From positions 56,967-120,966 of the forward strand of contig JALCQR010000003.1 in assembly GCA_022651385.1 (NCBI GenBank): DNA of 64,000 nt, written 5' to 3'. A program made the position numbers and the translations under genes. Source of the DNA: Clostridia bacterium (lineage in GTDB: Bacteria > Bacillota > Clostridia > Lachnospirales > Anaerotignaceae). Of the stretch, positions 9,298 to 18,538 are shown piece by piece. The notes under the pieces were generated by a model. That model saw only the letters and a program-made list of their open reading frames with translations, was not told where the DNA came from and made no database searches. Positions within the stretch are counted from its first letter, which is position 1; every line of letters begins with the position of its first letter.

Positions 9298-9540
9298 GCG
9301 TGTTAAAAAACGTATATCAAAAATAAAATTGCACAAAAGGAATAATTAGGGGAGCTTTTTCACTTGCAAAAAGCTCCCCTAACTCTTTAAAAATACGCTT
9401 ATAAGCAAATTAAGACCTTGAGACTCTGTCCCAAACCCTGCCAGCCTTTAAAAAGGCCGGCTCTAAACTTTAATAGGCTTCGCTCAAGTAATTACTATTG
9501 TGCAACATTACTTTGGCAATAACTTTTTCGACAGTCTGTG

Positions 9541-9565
9541 CTTCTCAGATTTAAACTAAGAAGTC
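9541..9565. repeat. 25-bp near-palindromic repeat, copy B
   Basis: Identical to 9271-9295. Begins 12 nt after the rmlA stop codon. No U-tract follows it on the minus strand. Confidence 0.9.
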
Positions 9566-9577
9566 TCTTTTATGTTT

Positions 9578-10444
9578 TTATTCTTTTTTACAAATATTAA
9601 GAATATATTTGCCGTATGACGTCTTTTCCATACTTTCACCTATTTTTTTCAGACGCTCAAGCGTAATATATCCTTTTTTATATGCTTCGTATTCGATACA
9701 TGCAATATTTGTGTCATGGCTTTTTTGCGTCTTGCACACGATGTTAGATGCCTCAAGCAAACTGTCGGCTGTGCCGGCATCAAGCCAGATAAGATTTTCA
9801 AGGGCTATAACATTAAGTTTTCCCTTTTTTAGATATACATCGTTAACTCCAGTAATTTCAAGCTCTCCTCTTGCCGACGGTTTAAGGTTTTTTGCAATCT
9901 TTACAACCTCATTGTCGTAAAAATAAAGCCCGGGAACTATGTAATCGCTTTTTGGTTTTTCTGGTTTTTCTTCAATAGAGATAGCTTTTCCGTTTTTGTC
10001 AAACTCAACTACGCCAAATGGCCTTGGGTCCTCAACTTTTAAACCAAAAATCGCAGCACCTGAATTATTGCTGATTGCTTTTTCAATGGCATTTTTCATA
10101 CATCTGCCGTAAAAAATATTGTCTCCAAGTATAAGACAAACAGAATCATTTCCTATAAAACTCTCACCTATTATAAAGGCATCAGCAATACCTCTTTGTA
10201 CCTTTTGTTCTTTATATCTTATGTTAATTCCAATATTTCTTCCGTCGCCAAAAAGTTTTTCAAACTGTTCAAGGTCATCCGGCGGAACTATAATAAGCAC
10301 ATCTTTTATCCCTGCCTGAATAAGCACAGAAAGCGGATAATATATAAGCGGTTTATCATATACCGGTACAAGTGGCTTGCATACTGTTTTTGTTGCAGGA
10401 TAAAGACGCGTTCCTTTTCCTGCTGCTAAAATTATTCCTTTCAT
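9578..10444 (-). CDS. rmlA: glucose-1-phosphate thymidylyltransferase
   Basis: MKGIILAAGKGTRLYPAT nucleotidyltransferase signature, about 288 aa, ending YGKYL. Start trimmed to the second Met. Confidence 0.87.
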   Translation of the reverse strand: MKGIILAAGKGTRLYPATKTVCKPLVPVYDKPLIYYPLSVLIQAGIKDVLIIVPPDDLEQFEKLFGDGRNIGINIRYKEQKVQRGIADAFIIGESFIGNDSVCLILGDNIFYGRCMKNAIEKAISNNSGAAIFGLKVEDPRPFGVVEFDKNGKAISIEEKPEKPKSDYIVPGLYFYDNEVVKIAKNLKPSARGELEITGVNDVYLKKGKLNVIALENLIWLDAGTADSLLEASNIVCKTQKSHDTNIACIEYEAYKKGYITLERLKKIGESMEKTSYGKYILNICKKE

Positions 10445-10603
10445 AAACAAAATCCTTCCAAACTAAAATTATTCACACAGATATATATATTTTAATACCT
10501 AAATTTACAAAATGCAACAAACTATGCGTAAAATCAGTTTAAAAGTAGAATTTATTTTTCAAGCCTTATGCTTTAATACAAAAATCAAAACAAGCCTAAA
10601 AAA

Positions 10604-11242
10604 CTAAAATGTAAGTTTTGAAAAATCATCTGTGTATATATCACATATAATTTCCATTTCATCTTTAAACTTGTCAGCTGATTTATCATAAATGCCTACA
10701 GTGAAAAATCCGGCTTTTTTGGCGCTTTTAGCTGCGTGAGGCGCATCCTCAAACACAATTGTAGCATTTTTCTTATAATTCATTTTCTCGGCTGCATACT
10801 CGTATATATGCTCGTTTGACTTGCTCATGCCAAGCTGCGTACAGGTAAGTATATCTTCAAAAAAGTTATCAATTTTTAACCTTTTTACACATGGCAGTAC
10901 ATATACCATTTCCGAAGCCGTAAGCAAAGTCATTTTTATACCTAATTTATAGCTTTTTTCAAGAAAATCATAAGCGTGCGGTTTAAGAGGTATTTCGTCT
11001 TCATATTTTTTGGCAACCATTGATACAACTTTGTCTATCATTTCTTTTGTTGTAAGTATCATGCCTAAGTTTTTTCTGAAATACTCGGCCGATTCCTCAA
11101 AAGACATTGTTCTGTAAATCTCATCAATATTTTCCGGCGGATTAATGCCTATAGATAAAAGGAACTTAGCCCCAATGTTGTCCCAAGCCGACATTGAATC
11201 TATAAGTGTTCCGTCAAGGTCGAAAATATAGTTTCTTTTCAT
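10604..11242 (-). CDS. HAD-superfamily hydrolase (beta-phosphoglucomutase-like subfamily)
   Basis: 212 aa with the FDLDGTLIDS motif I and a later FEDAPHAAKSAKKAG motif. ATGA overlap with the thiE stop. Confidence 0.8.
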   Translation of the reverse strand: MKRNYIFDLDGTLIDSMSAWDNIGAKFLLSIGINPPENIDEIYRTMSFEESAEYFRKNLGMILTTKEMIDKVVSMVAKKYEDEIPLKPHAYDFLEKSYKLGIKMTLLTASEMVYVLPCVKRLKIDNFFEDILTCTQLGMSKSNEHIYEYAAEKMNYKKNATIVFEDAPHAAKSAKKAGFFTVGIYDKSADKFKDEMEIICDIYTDDFSKLTF

Positions 11243-11880
11243 GCTTTCACCATTTTTTCAGACAGAGCCCTCAGTTCCTTTGCCGCCGTATAAGCATCTT
11301 TTTGTGCAAAGATAGCCGAAATAACCGCAACTCCGTCAACACCTGTGCCTTTAAGCTTCATTATGTTTTCTTTGCTTATTCCGCCTATAGCCACTACCGG
11401 TATATGTACAGACTTGGTTATGTCCTTTAAAACATCCATAGTCATATCGGTTGCGTCTTTTTTGGTATCAGTGTGAAACACAGCTCCTACACCTATATAG
11501 TCTGCTCCGTTTTTTTCAGCCGTAACAGCTTCTTCCACACTTCCTGCCGAAATGCCCATTATTTTTCCGTTTCCCAATATAGACCTTGCTCTTTTGGCTT
11601 CCATATCGCTTTGGCCTATATGTACTCCGTCGGCATCTATTTCTTTCGCAATTTCAACATTGTCATTTATGACAAACGGCACTTTGTACTTATCTGTTAC
11701 AGCTTTAACTTTTTTAGCTATTTTTAAAAACTCGTCAAAAGACACATTTTTTTCCCTAAGCTGAATAAATGTAGCTCCTGCTTTAAGAACTTTTTCAACT
11801 TCGTCCTCAAGTTTTTTATCGCCAAGCCAAGTCCTGTCTGTTACCGCATATAACAGCATTGATTTTTTATCTACGTTCAA
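11239..11880 (-). CDS. thiE: thiamine-phosphate synthase
   Basis: Contains LYAVTDR, IQLREK, DGVHIGQ and VAIGGI motifs. I favour the TTG at 11880, 8 nt after AAAGGAGG. ATG alternatives exist at 11910 and 11859. Confidence 0.87.
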   Translation of the reverse strand: MNVDKKSMLLYAVTDRTWLGDKKLEDEVEKVLKAGATFIQLREKNVSFDEFLKIAKKVKAVTDKYKVPFVINDNVEIAKEIDADGVHIGQSDMEAKRARSILGNGKIMGISAGSVEEAVTAEKNGADYIGVGAVFHTDTKKDATDMTMDVLKDITKSVHIPVVAIGGISKENIMKLKGTGVDGVAVISAIFAQKDAYTAAKELRALSEKMVKA

Positions 11881-12706
11881 TCTTTGCTCCTCCTTTGAAT
11901 ATTTCAGCATTCATTTTGCTTACATAATCAATCAAGAACATACGAAATGAAGCCGTACCGGAATCGGTTTCGACCATTTTTCTATACGCAAGCTCGCCGG
12001 CATAGCCATAAGAAGATACCGCTACGGCACAGGCGTCAAGTATATCATCCAGATTTGCAGCGCAAAATACGCCAAGCACACTTGAAAGCATACATCCAGT
12101 TCCGGTTACATTAGACATTTCAGCATGACCGTTTTTAATTATATAAGCATTGTTCTCATCTGATATTATATCAATTTCTCCGCTTATAGCAATAACGGCG
12201 CCTGTTTTTTTGCTCAGTTTTTTGGCAAAATCTATTGCAATGTCTATATTTTCGTCAGTAACCTTGTCAGATTCGTCAGCATCAACGCCTTTTGCCGAAC
12301 CGCTTCCTGTTGCAATAAATTTAATTTCTGATACATTGCCTCTTATAACTGAAAATTTTATATTTTTAAGTAGCTCAAAAAGTACGTCGTTTATTTTTTT
12401 TGCTGCACCGGCGCCGACAGGATCTAAAATAACAGGATGTCCTATTTCATTGTTTCTTTTTCCGGCTCTGAGCATTGCCTCAACAAGAGGCTCCGCCACA
12501 TCCCCCATATTTATAACAAACCCGTTGCACCCGGATGTAACATCCTCAACTTCATCAGGGTGACCGGCCATTGTAGGTGATCCGCCGAGCGCAAGAGTTA
12601 TATTTGCACAGTCATTTGCAGTCACAATATTTGAAATGTTATGAACAACAGGTTTTATTTCCCGTATATTTTTAAATATTAAATCAGATTTTTCAAATAT
12701 ATCCAT
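11867..12706 (-). CDS. thiM: hydroxyethylthiazole kinase
   Basis: 279 aa containing VHNISNIVTANDCANITLALGGSPTMA and TGTGC motifs. Confidence 0.9.
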   Translation of the reverse strand: MDIFEKSDLIFKNIREIKPVVHNISNIVTANDCANITLALGGSPTMAGHPDEVEDVTSGCNGFVINMGDVAEPLVEAMLRAGKRNNEIGHPVILDPVGAGAAKKINDVLFELLKNIKFSVIRGNVSEIKFIATGSGSAKGVDADESDKVTDENIDIAIDFAKKLSKKTGAVIAISGEIDIISDENNAYIIKNGHAEMSNVTGTGCMLSSVLGVFCAANLDDILDACAVAVSSYGYAGELAYRKMVETDSGTASFRMFLIDYVSKMNAEIFKGGAKIERR

Positions 12707-13209
12707 TATTCTTTACCCTCCGATTGTAGTTTTGCAAGTAGCCCTGATTCGCTCATAAATTTAAGAAGCACCAAAGCACAGGCTGTGCCGAAGCAAGTGC
12801 TAAGCAAAAAAGCAGGAATATATGTAAAGAGCGAAACCCCCGGATTTCCGTAATAAAATGCTGAAAGCGGATACGAGCACATAGCCCCAAGTATGCCTGT
12901 TCCGAATATTTCACCTGCAGCAGCACACCATATTTTTTTAGTCTTATGATATAATACCGCCGCAAGAAAAGCTCCTATAAGCCCTCCGGGTATTGAAAAC
13001 AAATCCTCTCCCATAAGCACAAGCTTCATGACTGTAAGAAGGGTTGAACATGCAAATCCGTATACAGGTCCAAGCATTACAACTCCAGAAACATTTATAA
13101 GATGTTGCATTGGCGCCGCCCATCCTGGTATTCTGAAAACCGGTGTCAGTACATATCCCACTGCTGCCCATACTGCTGTTAATACTAATTTTTTTGTGCT
13201 GATTTTCAT
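12706..13209 (-). CDS. thiW: ThiW-like ECF-transporter S component (thiazole precursor uptake)
   Basis: About 167-aa multi-TM protein in the first position of a thiW-thiM-thiE cluster. Start trimmed to MKISTKKL behind a GGGAGGA RBS. The upstream part of the track ORF is a leader hairpin. Confidence 0.7.
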   Translation of the reverse strand: MKISTKKLVLTAVWAAVGYVLTPVFRIPGWAAPMQHLINVSGVVMLGPVYGFACSTLLTVMKLVLMGEDLFSIPGGLIGAFLAAVLYHKTKKIWCAAAGEIFGTGILGAMCSYPLSAFYYGNPGVSLFTYIPAFLLSTCFGTACALVLLKFMSESGLLAKLQSEGKE

Positions 13210-13295
13210 TGTAATATCCTCCCAAAAAGTAAAGTTAAAATAAGTTTTTTTGTTTAAAATTCCTGCTACATCTTCCTTTTTTTCTGAATTTAAAC

Positions 13296-13327
13296 AAAAA
13301 AGGGCCACACCCGTGGTGGTGTGCCCC
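13296..13327 (-). terminator. GC-rich hairpin plus U6 in the thiW leader (attenuator, or the terminator of the upstream operon)
   Basis: Minus strand reads GGGGCACACC-ACCA..-GGGUGUGGCCC with one internal mismatch, followed by UUUUUUG. It lies about 85 nt upstream of the thiW ATG. Confidence 0.5.
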
Positions 13328-13360
13328 ATAAATTGTATTGCTTATTAAATTTTCAGTGAT

Positions 13361-13389
13361 ATTATATTACATCATTTTTCATATTGCAA
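13361..13389 (-). promoter_or_regulatory. sigma-A-like promoter upstream of the thiW leader hairpin
   Basis: Minus strand reads TTGCAA, 17-nt spacer, TATAAT. Confidence 0.4.
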
Positions 13390-13399
13390 GCATTTTTTA

Positions 13400-14287
13400 T
13401 TAAACTGAAATATTTTTCCACTTTTCCTCATCTTTTGTAATCTTAAAATCAGCTTTCCAGTTGTCAACTTTCTGTTCAAAAAGACTATTTTCAGTTTGCG
13501 TTTTATAGTCATCACGCATCTTTTCAGTAATAACATTTTCGTCAGGCTTTGAAACAGACTTAACGCTGTATACAGCATATCCTTTGTCATCTTTTGTGAT
13601 TCCGCATGCATGTTCACTTATGTCATCAGAATTAAATTCCTGCTTAAAATCGGTTTTGTTCATACTTGTTTCATCTGTATTTGTTATACCTAACTGCGAC
13701 ACCGCTGTTTCAAAATCAGTTCCGTTTTTCAACTGCAAAACAAAATTATCAGCTTCATTTTTTTCAGCAAAATAAGCCTCATTTACTTTAATCTCTGTTT
13801 CTTCGTCTGTATATTTTTCTCTGTTTAAATCACAAAAATTTTTATAGTCGCTTTCACTTATCATGTAATCAGATAAAACAGCGGATTTTACTTTTTCATA
13901 AATTTGTTTTTCAAGCATTACTTCTTTTACAATTGTATCATGTTTTCCATTATCAGTGACATAATCCTTAGCATCTTCTTCAGCTTTTTTTCTCATTTCA
14001 TCACTGACTTTTACATCGTATTGGTCAGCTTTTGAACATACAATTTTAACAGCCACAAGAGAGTTTAAAGCGCTGTCTTTAGCCACTTCTTCAGCCGACT
14101 TTCCGTTAAAATCGGTTTCCCAAATATCATTTCCTCCAACTTTTTCAAAGGTTTTAATCGTTTCGTCGAGATAAATTTTATATTCTTCTTCGCTTGCCGA
14201 ATATGAGCCGATTCTTATAAAAGCGCCGCTGTTGCTGCACCCGCTTAAAACTAATGCAAATAATAAAACTGTTAAAATCTTTTTCAT
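13400..14287 (-). CDS. PrsA/SurA-like foldase lipoprotein (parvulin domain looks degenerate)
   Basis: MKKILTVLLFALVLSGCS lipobox. SurA_N-like helical region. Sits immediately downstream of mfd, as in many Clostridia. Confidence 0.65.
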   Translation of the reverse strand: MKKILTVLLFALVLSGCSNSGAFIRIGSYSASEEEYKIYLDETIKTFEKVGGNDIWETDFNGKSAEEVAKDSALNSLVAVKIVCSKADQYDVKVSDEMRKKAEEDAKDYVTDNGKHDTIVKEVMLEKQIYEKVKSAVLSDYMISESDYKNFCDLNREKYTDEETEIKVNEAYFAEKNEADNFVLQLKNGTDFETAVSQLGITNTDETSMNKTDFKQEFNSDDISEHACGITKDDKGYAVYSVKSVSKPDENVITEKMRDDYKTQTENSLFEQKVDNWKADFKITKDEEKWKNISV

Positions 14288-14301
14288 GATATCACCACTT
14301 T

Positions 14302-17300
14302 TCACTCAATGGCTCCAAGAAATTCCGTAATATATTCAAAAACATCCTTTTTAGCTTTATCGTTTATTTTTATAGTTACATACGGATTCGTAGCCGATGT
14401 AAACATATAAGACAGAGGATTTTTCATTACAACACTTGTTATCTTTGTTGGATCAAGTTTTGTCTGGCCCTTGAATGTAACAACGATTGATTTTTGTTTT
14501 TGTGATACCGACATAATATCAAGTTTATGCGCCCTTGATTTAAGAAGCGCGATTCTTAAAAGCATTTCGACACTTTTCGGCATTGTTCCGTATCTGTCGG
14601 TTATTTCGTCGTATATGTCGTTATAATCATCTTGATTTAAAATATCGGCAATCTTTTTATATATCAACAATTTTTGTTCCTCATTGGCAATATAGCTTGA
14701 AGGTATATAGGCATTTACGTTTATGTCTATGAGAGTCTCAAAGTCTTCTTTTACGTCAACCCCCTTAAGCCTGCTTACAGCTTCGTCAAGCAGACGGCAG
14801 TACATCTCATATCCAACTGAAGCCATATGCCCATGCTGCTGGGCCCCAAGTATATTCCCTGCCCCTCTTATTTCGAGGTCTCTCATTGCTATTTTAAATC
14901 CTGAACCGAATTCTGTAAACTCCCTAATTGTCTGAAGTCTCTTTTCCGAAACTTCATTTAACACTTTGTCACGTTTATACATTAAATAAGCGTATGCAAC
15001 CTTGTTTGTCCTGCCTACACGTCCTCTAAGCTGATAAAGCTGCGAAAGCCCCATTTTGTCAGCATCCTGAATAATCATTGTATTTACGTTGCCTATATCA
15101 AGTCCGGTCTCAATTATTGTTGTGCAGACCAAGACGTCAATTTCGCCCTCAATAAAATCTTTCATTATTATTTCAAGCTCTCGTTCCGACATCTGCCCGT
15201 GAGCGTAGGCCACATTTGCGTCTGGCACAAGATGCTGAATTTTTATTGTTTCTTGCTCAATGCTTTCAACCCTGTTATAAAGATAATATACCTGTCCGTT
15301 TCTGGCAAGCTCACGGTTTATGGCATCTCTTATGAGTTCTGTATCGTTTTCCATTACATATGTCTGTACCGGCTGTCTTTCATGCGGCGGCTCCTCAAGA
15401 AGACTCATGTCCCTTATTCCCGAAAGGCTCATATGAAGCGTTCTCGGTATAGGTGTTGCCGTAAGCGTCAGGACATCTATATTTTCCTTGAGGCTTTTAA
15501 GCTTTTCTTTATGCGCAACTCCAAACCTCTGTTCCTCGTCAATTATTACAAGTCCCGGATTACTGAATTTCACATCTTTTGAAAGTATTCTGTGTGTTCC
15601 AATAACTATATCCGAAAGCCCGCTTTCAAGACGCTTTATTGTCTCCGCCTGTTCTTTTTTGCTTTTAAAACGTGATAATAGCTCTATTTTTATGGGGTAC
15701 TCCTTCATCCTTGAAACAAAAGTATTATAGTGCTGCTGGGCAAGTATTGTCGTAGGTACAAGAAACACGACCTGTTTTGAGTCCTGTACGGCTTTAAACG
15801 CCGCTCTTATGGCAACTTCAGTCTTTCCGTAGCCGACATCACCGCATATAAGTCTGTCCATAACACGTCCGGTTTCCATGTCATGCTTTACTTCCTCAAT
15901 GGCGTTAAGCTGGTCCTCCGTTTCCTCATACGGAAACATCTCTTCAAATTCTCTCTGCCATACATTATCCGGAGAATAAACAAAGCCCTTGGCAGCTTGT
16001 CTTTTAGCGTAAAGCTTTATAAGGTCTTCTGCAAGTATCTCTACCGCTTTTCTTACTTTGTTTTTAGCATTTGTCCATTCCTTTGAGCCGAGTTTATTAA
16101 CTTTTACGCCGTTTCCGTTTCCGCCTATATATTTTTGTATGCAGTCCATTTGTCCCGCAGGCACAAAAAGATTGCCGCCGTCTGCATAGCTTATCTTTAC
16201 ATAATCTTTATTGACGCCGTCAACAACTATTTTTTCTATGCCTCTGTAAACACCTATTCCATGAGCCGAATGTACAACGTAATCCCCAATTTTCAAATCG
16301 GCAAAACTGTCTATTGTAACAGAATTTTTCTTTTTTCGTTTTGGGTGTTTCTGTTTTCGCTTGGCAAGAAAACTGCTGTCTGAAAAAACAGCTAAATCTC
16401 CGTCCGAATATAAAAATCCTTTGCTTAAATTGCCTCTCGAAACCGTAACCGTGCCTTTTTTTAGAGCCGCCTCAGTATAATCCGCCACATATGCGCTTTC
16501 CACTCCGTGCTGCTCAAGTTCTTTTACAAGCCTTTCCCCTCTGCTTTGAGAGGATGAAACAATAAGTATACGATAGCCTTTATTTTTCAGTTCTTTTACT
16601 TCTTCGCTGAACAGTTCAAAACGATTGTTGTAGCTTTCCGTTGTCCTTACTTTAAAAGAAATCATATCCTTTATGTCAAAGTCGGAAGCCGAAACGGCAA
16701 TTGTATTCATTATTACGCAGTTCTTTTTTTCGGCAAAACGCACCATTTCCGCATAAGTGTATATTATGTTTGCCATGTCGGGAAGCATATATCCTTTTTC
16801 AATACGGCTTTTTATGCTCTCGGACAGCTCCTTTGAGATATTCTCGCTTTTTTGCTTTATTCTTGAAAGTTCATTGAAATAAATAACGGCATTTTCTTTG
16901 GCATATCCAAAAATATTTACCGTTTTATCATAAAAATAATTAATAAATCCTGCCACCGCGGAGTCATGCTTATTAATTTCAAGATTTTCCAAAGACTCCC
17001 CAACATGATGCTCAAGCATCTGCGCTTCACTTTCAAGCCCCTTTTTTACAAATGTTGAATGTGATTTTTTATATGCTTTTTCTATGTTTTTTATAGCTTT
17101 ATCAAGACATTTTTCATCATAGAAAAATTCATTAAACGGATATATTTCGGTTTTTTTAATTCTGTCAACCGACCTCTGAGTCGATACGTCCATATCTCTT
17201 ATAGAATCAACTTCATCGTCCCAAAGCTCTATTCTTACAGCATTCTCATTTACAGAAGGATATATGTCTATTATTCCGCCTCTTATCGAAAATTGGCCTT

Positions 17301-17805
17301 TGCTCTGTGTCTCGTCAGTTCTTTCATAACCCATAAGTATTAGTTTTTGGCTTAGGGTTTCCAAATCTAACATGTCGCCCTCTTTTATTCTGATAATGCT
17401 GTCTTTAAGAACTTCCGGCGGCACCAGTCTATCAAACACTGCTTCCGCAGACACAACCACATTTACATTTTCGTCCTCCAAAAGCCTTTTTAAAACATTC
17501 ATTCTGTTAATATCCGTGTCGCGGCTATGAACATCCGCACTGTAAAATATAATATCTCTTGAGGGAAAAAGTACAGTGTTTTTATTAAAGAAGTACATGT
17601 CCTCAAACATTTCTTTTGCTTTAATATCATTTTCAGCTACTATAACAGACGGTCTTTTTAGGTCATATATAACAGATGAAATCATATGAAGCGTTTGCAC
17701 GTCAATAACTCCTGTTGTAAGAACAGGAGTGTTATTTTTCAATATGTCGTCTTTAAGTCTGCCGTATTCCTTGCTTTCGGAAAGCGCGGCTGCAATATTT
17801 CTCAT
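14302..17805 (-). CDS. mfd: transcription-repair coupling factor
   Basis: 1167 aa. CarD-like segment (GDYVVHSAHGIGVY), DEAD/DEAH helicase motifs (GDVGYGKTEVA, DEEQRFG) and a TRCF C-terminal domain. Confidence 0.95.
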   Translation of the reverse strand: MRNIAAALSESKEYGRLKDDILKNNTPVLTTGVIDVQTLHMISSVIYDLKRPSVIVAENDIKAKEMFEDMYFFNKNTVLFPSRDIIFYSADVHSRDTDINRMNVLKRLLEDENVNVVVSAEAVFDRLVPPEVLKDSIIRIKEGDMLDLETLSQKLILMGYERTDETQSKGQFSIRGGIIDIYPSVNENAVRIELWDDEVDSIRDMDVSTQRSVDRIKKTEIYPFNEFFYDEKCLDKAIKNIEKAYKKSHSTFVKKGLESEAQMLEHHVGESLENLEINKHDSAVAGFINYFYDKTVNIFGYAKENAVIYFNELSRIKQKSENISKELSESIKSRIEKGYMLPDMANIIYTYAEMVRFAEKKNCVIMNTIAVSASDFDIKDMISFKVRTTESYNNRFELFSEEVKELKNKGYRILIVSSSQSRGERLVKELEQHGVESAYVADYTEAALKKGTVTVSRGNLSKGFLYSDGDLAVFSDSSFLAKRKQKHPKRKKKNSVTIDSFADLKIGDYVVHSAHGIGVYRGIEKIVVDGVNKDYVKISYADGGNLFVPAGQMDCIQKYIGGNGNGVKVNKLGSKEWTNAKNKVRKAVEILAEDLIKLYAKRQAAKGFVYSPDNVWQREFEEMFPYEETEDQLNAIEEVKHDMETGRVMDRLICGDVGYGKTEVAIRAAFKAVQDSKQVVFLVPTTILAQQHYNTFVSRMKEYPIKIELLSRFKSKKEQAETIKRLESGLSDIVIGTHRILSKDVKFSNPGLVIIDEEQRFGVAHKEKLKSLKENIDVLTLTATPIPRTLHMSLSGIRDMSLLEEPPHERQPVQTYVMENDTELIRDAINRELARNGQVYYLYNRVESIEQETIKIQHLVPDANVAYAHGQMSERELEIIMKDFIEGEIDVLVCTTIIETGLDIGNVNTMIIQDADKMGLSQLYQLRGRVGRTNKVAYAYLMYKRDKVLNEVSEKRLQTIREFTEFGSGFKIAMRDLEIRGAGNILGAQQHGHMASVGYEMYCRLLDEAVSRLKGVDVKEDFETLIDINVNAYIPSSYIANEEQKLLIYKKIADILNQDDYNDIYDEITDRYGTMPKSVEMLLRIALLKSRAHKLDIMSVSQKQKSIVVTFKGQTKLDPTKITSVVMKNPLSYMFTSATNPYVTIKINDKAKKDVFEYITEFLGAIE

Positions 17806-17817
17806 TTAAACACTTCC

Positions 17818-18408
17818 TCAGTTTTCTTCATTATTTTCAGGCTTCGGAATGAAGTTGCATTTATTCATGGCCTCTCTCACGCCGTCGGAAATAATTATTT
17901 TTACAGCCTCAGCCGCCTTTTTCACGCTTTCGTTCATAATCGGCTGTATATCCTCGGCAAAACAACTAAGTACATAATCTGCGAGATCCCATCCTTTAGG
18001 TTTATCTCCTACTCCAACTTTTACACGTACAAATTTATCAGTATTCATATGCAGAATTATATTTTTTATGCCGTTATGCCCTCCTGCACTGCCTTTTTCG
18101 CGTATCCTGAGACCTCCCGGAGGCAGGCTTATATCGTCATACACAACTATTATATCCTCAGCTGTAAGATGGTAAAAGTCACAAAGTTCCCTTACACTTT
18201 CTCCGCTAAGATTCATATATGTCTGAGGTTTAAGAAGTATTACTTTTTCATTCCCAATTCGTCCCTCTCCAATCAAACCTTTAAATTTTTTTTTTGAAAA
18301 ATCTATGTTTTCTTCTTCTGCAAGCCTGTCTACCACATTAAATCCGGTATTATGCCTGCTCCCTTCATAATTTTTGCCGGGATTGCCCAATCCAACTATT
18401 ACCTTCAT
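17818..18408 (-). CDS. pth: peptidyl-tRNA hydrolase
   Basis: MKVIVGLGNPG...RHNTGF...GGHNG motifs. Start trimmed to the Met behind GGAGGAAAAG. Confidence 0.93.
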   Translation of the reverse strand: MKVIVGLGNPGKNYEGSRHNTGFNVVDRLAEEENIDFSKKKFKGLIGEGRIGNEKVILLKPQTYMNLSGESVRELCDFYHLTAEDIIVVYDDISLPPGGLRIREKGSAGGHNGIKNIILHMNTDKFVRVKVGVGDKPKGWDLADYVLSCFAEDIQPIMNESVKKAAEAVKIIISDGVREAMNKCNFIPKPENNEEN

Positions 18409-18432
18409 CTTTTCCTCCAAAATCACAATTTT

Positions 18433-18466
18433 AAAAAGCAATAAGCCCTAAGAAGTATCTTAGGGC
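18433..18466 (-). terminator. hairpin terminator after the first dehydrogenase paralogue
   Basis: GCCCUAAGA-loop-UCUUAGGGC followed by UUAUUGCUUUUU on the minus strand. Confidence 0.5.
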
Positions 18467-18538
18467 GGTTTTTATCAAATTAGACTTTTAAAGCCTACAT
18501 ATGATTGTAATTCAATTGTTTTGATTTGTAAAGTATTT

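Noticed and set aside
9271-9565. The 25-bp repeats as a degenerate CRISPR array.
   Set aside because: There are only two copies, separated by 245 bp. The repeats are themselves terminator-like hairpins, and no cas genes are present.
12706-13329. N-terminal extensions of track ORFs: thiW to 13329, dehydrogenase to 19594, ABC ATPase to 24456, ATPase to 38476, terS to 59617, tape measure to 48095, pth to 18441.
   Set aside because: The extensions lack RBSs, overlap upstream genes or run through terminator hairpins. Internal Met (or TTG) codons with good Shine-Dalgarno sequences give N-termini typical of each family.
13210-13399. Classical TPP (THI-box) riboswitch upstream of thiW.
   Set aside because: The conserved CUGAGA and ACCUGAUCUGG-type elements are absent, and the leader is too short.
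17686-18297. Long antisense ORFs in the six-frame track. Examples: 17686-18297 (+), 51056-51817 (+), 32880-33386 (+), 12150-12563 (+), 4927-5373 (-), 26335-26709 (-).
   Set aside because: - Each lies entirely opposite a well-supported gene.
- They lack RBSs.
- Their composition is low-complexity (Ser/Phe/Ile/Leu-rich), typical of shadow frames in AT-rich DNA.
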